This document shows, piece after piece, positions 32,223 to 33,259 of a stretch of 33,259 nt of DNA. The DNA is taken from NCBI GenBank assembly GCA_043826845.1, contig JBDRPR010000197.1:1-33259 (forward strand). The letters run 5' to 3'. The DNA comes from Bacteroidota bacterium (GTDB lineage Bacteria; Bacteroidota; Bacteroidia; Bacteroidales; CAYTAU01). Every line of letters begins with the position of its first letter. Position 1 is the first letter of the stretch. The position numbers were made by a program, and so were the translations under genes. The notes beneath the pieces were generated by a model, which saw only the letters and a list, made by a program, of their open reading frames with translations, searched no databases and had not been told where the DNA came from.

Positions 32223-33257
32223 CTATTTTATAGGTTTATAAATCCTAAATCCAACATCTAAAGAACTACTCTCTTTTGTCATTTCCCTGTAACTTTTAAT
32301 AGTAATGTCATCTTCACAAGATAAATACGACCCTCCTTTTATGCGCATTTTTCCACTTGAAGATGGAGATGGACTGCTAGTCCACTCAGCAACATTGCCA
32401 CTCATATCATTTAAACCAAGTTTGTTTGGCTTGTTTAAGATTCCAACTTTATTTGGTAATAAGTTTTTTAAATTTGAATTTGAGTAATAAACTGCAACTT
32501 CATCAGGATTATGAGATCCGCTAAACCTACATCCAGTGACATCTTTGTCTGATGCAAGCCACTCCCATTCATTTTCAGTTGGTAATTTTGCATTCTTGGA
32601 TTTTGCATATTCTTCAGCCCCTAAATATGTTACATGGACAACTGGAATATTTTCGAAAGATCCCTTAAGCATAAATTTGTTATTTAATGAATCAAAGGTG
32701 ATTTTGCAATTTGGATACTCAGTATGAATCCATTTTTTATAATTTATAACTGCAGTATCTCCTTTATCTTCCAAGAATTTTAAATATTGAAAATTTGTTA
32801 TCTCGTTTATAGATAAACTAAAGAATTTTGAACTATCTATAGCATCCAATTTTATTCCTTTATCAACACTTTTGTACTTAGCAGAGTACCCCTTATAATT
32901 AAATGATATTCTATCATATGCTTTTTTATCATCAGAATAGTAATCAACTTCAATACAAACACTATCTGCACTTTTTTTATCAATTTGCCAATAAAGATTT
33001 AAAAGTCTATTCACTTCATTCTTAATTTTTTCTTTTTCAGCATCTTGTTTTTCAGGCTTATTTATTTTTTCTATATTTTCACTATTAATTTTAGTAAAAG
33101 TTATACTTACATTCGGTAAGTTTGCCCGACATTCAAACTCCTTAACAGCATACTCATACAAATCAGTTGCTTTTGTTATATCCGTCTCTTTAACAACCTC
33201 AGTATTTTCAAGTGAGTACAATGATGAATATTTAATATCTATTTTATCTATTTTCAT
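32223..33257 (-). CDS. FGE-sulfatase (SUMF1/GldK-like) domain protein with an unrecognised N-terminal half
   Basis: The C-terminal half carries EITNFQYLKFL, PVVHVTYLGAEEYAKSKNAKLPTENEWEWLA, GNVAEWTSS, IKGGSY and VGFRIYK, the FGE-sulfatase domain signature. The ATG lies 2 nt from the window edge, so the true start may be upstream. Confidence 0.75.
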   Translation of the reverse strand: MKIDKIDIKYSSLYSLENTEVVKETDITKATDLYEYAVKEFECRANLPNVSITFTKINSENIEKINKPEKQDAEKEKIKNEVNRLLNLYWQIDKKSADSVCIEVDYYSDDKKAYDRISFNYKGYSAKYKSVDKGIKLDAIDSSKFFSLSINEITNFQYLKFLEDKGDTAVINYKKWIHTEYPNCKITFDSLNNKFMLKGSFENIPVVHVTYLGAEEYAKSKNAKLPTENEWEWLASDKDVTGCRFSGSHNPDEVAVYYSNSNLKNLLPNKVGILNKPNKLGLNDMSGNVAEWTSSPSPSSSGKMRIKGGSYLSCEDDITIKSYREMTKESSSLDVGFRIYKPIK

Positions 33258-33259
33258 AT

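Noticed and set aside
25691-33259. A drop in G+C suggesting the envelope cluster is a horizontally acquired island.
   Set aside because: My spot counts on single 60-nt lines gave about 23-28% G+C at 30.8-32.1 kb versus about 47% at 19.0 kb. However, the 3' part of the CotH gene (line 2821) is also about 20%. Low G+C therefore tracks secreted or low-complexity genes generally and is not evidence of foreign origin without a proper windowed analysis.
1-33259. A search for tRNA, rRNA, CRISPR repeats, IS elements and long direct or inverted repeats.
   Set aside because: All sizeable non-coding gaps (3034-3160, 3857-3995, 6722-6884, 8912-9295, 25691-25793) are short and AT-rich. None shows cloverleaf-like structure, regularly spaced repeats or transposase ORFs.

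Overview
This AT-rich window looks like an anaerobic Bacteroidota genome. It has a T9SS C-terminal sorting domain, several TAnnTTTG -7 boxes and mostly Shine-Dalgarno-less starts. From left to right it contains five blocks. (1) The 3' part of a large secreted CotH / beta-helix / lamin-tail protein. (2) An FNR-like Crp/Fnr regulator, divergent from a four-gene sulfur-relay operon (SQR-like flavoprotein, DUF1641-like, single-Cys TusE/DsrC-like, DsrE-like); two TGAT-N4-ATCA boxes sit between them. (3) System II cytochrome c biogenesis genes ccsB and ccsA, with their own promoter box. (4) A co-directional anaerobic catabolic cluster of about 16.4 kb. Its genes are an ADP-forming acyl-CoA synthetase, a fused IorA-IorB 2-oxoacid:ferredoxin oxidoreductase, an aminotransferase, an orphan glycyl radical enzyme (GRE), an AorABC-like three-subunit tungsten aldehyde oxidoreductase, an amidohydrolase-fold protein, the GRE activase, an ORF6N gene and a PreA/DHOD-like flavo-FeS protein. 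(5) A tightly packed eight-gene minus-strand cluster of envelope proteins: an FGE-sulfatase-domain protein, a secreted protein, a beta-barrel-like protein, a J-domain/TM/WD40 protein, a lipoprotein, a triple zinc-ribbon membrane protein, a TonB-C-domain protein and a small secreted protein. I saw no rRNA, tRNA, CRISPR array, transposase or integrase. The two best candidates for something undescribed are the GRE supercluster (9.3-25.7 kb) and the J-domain/WD40/FGE envelope cluster (25.8-33.3 kb). All functional calls rest on motif recognition by eye and need HMM or structure searches to confirm.
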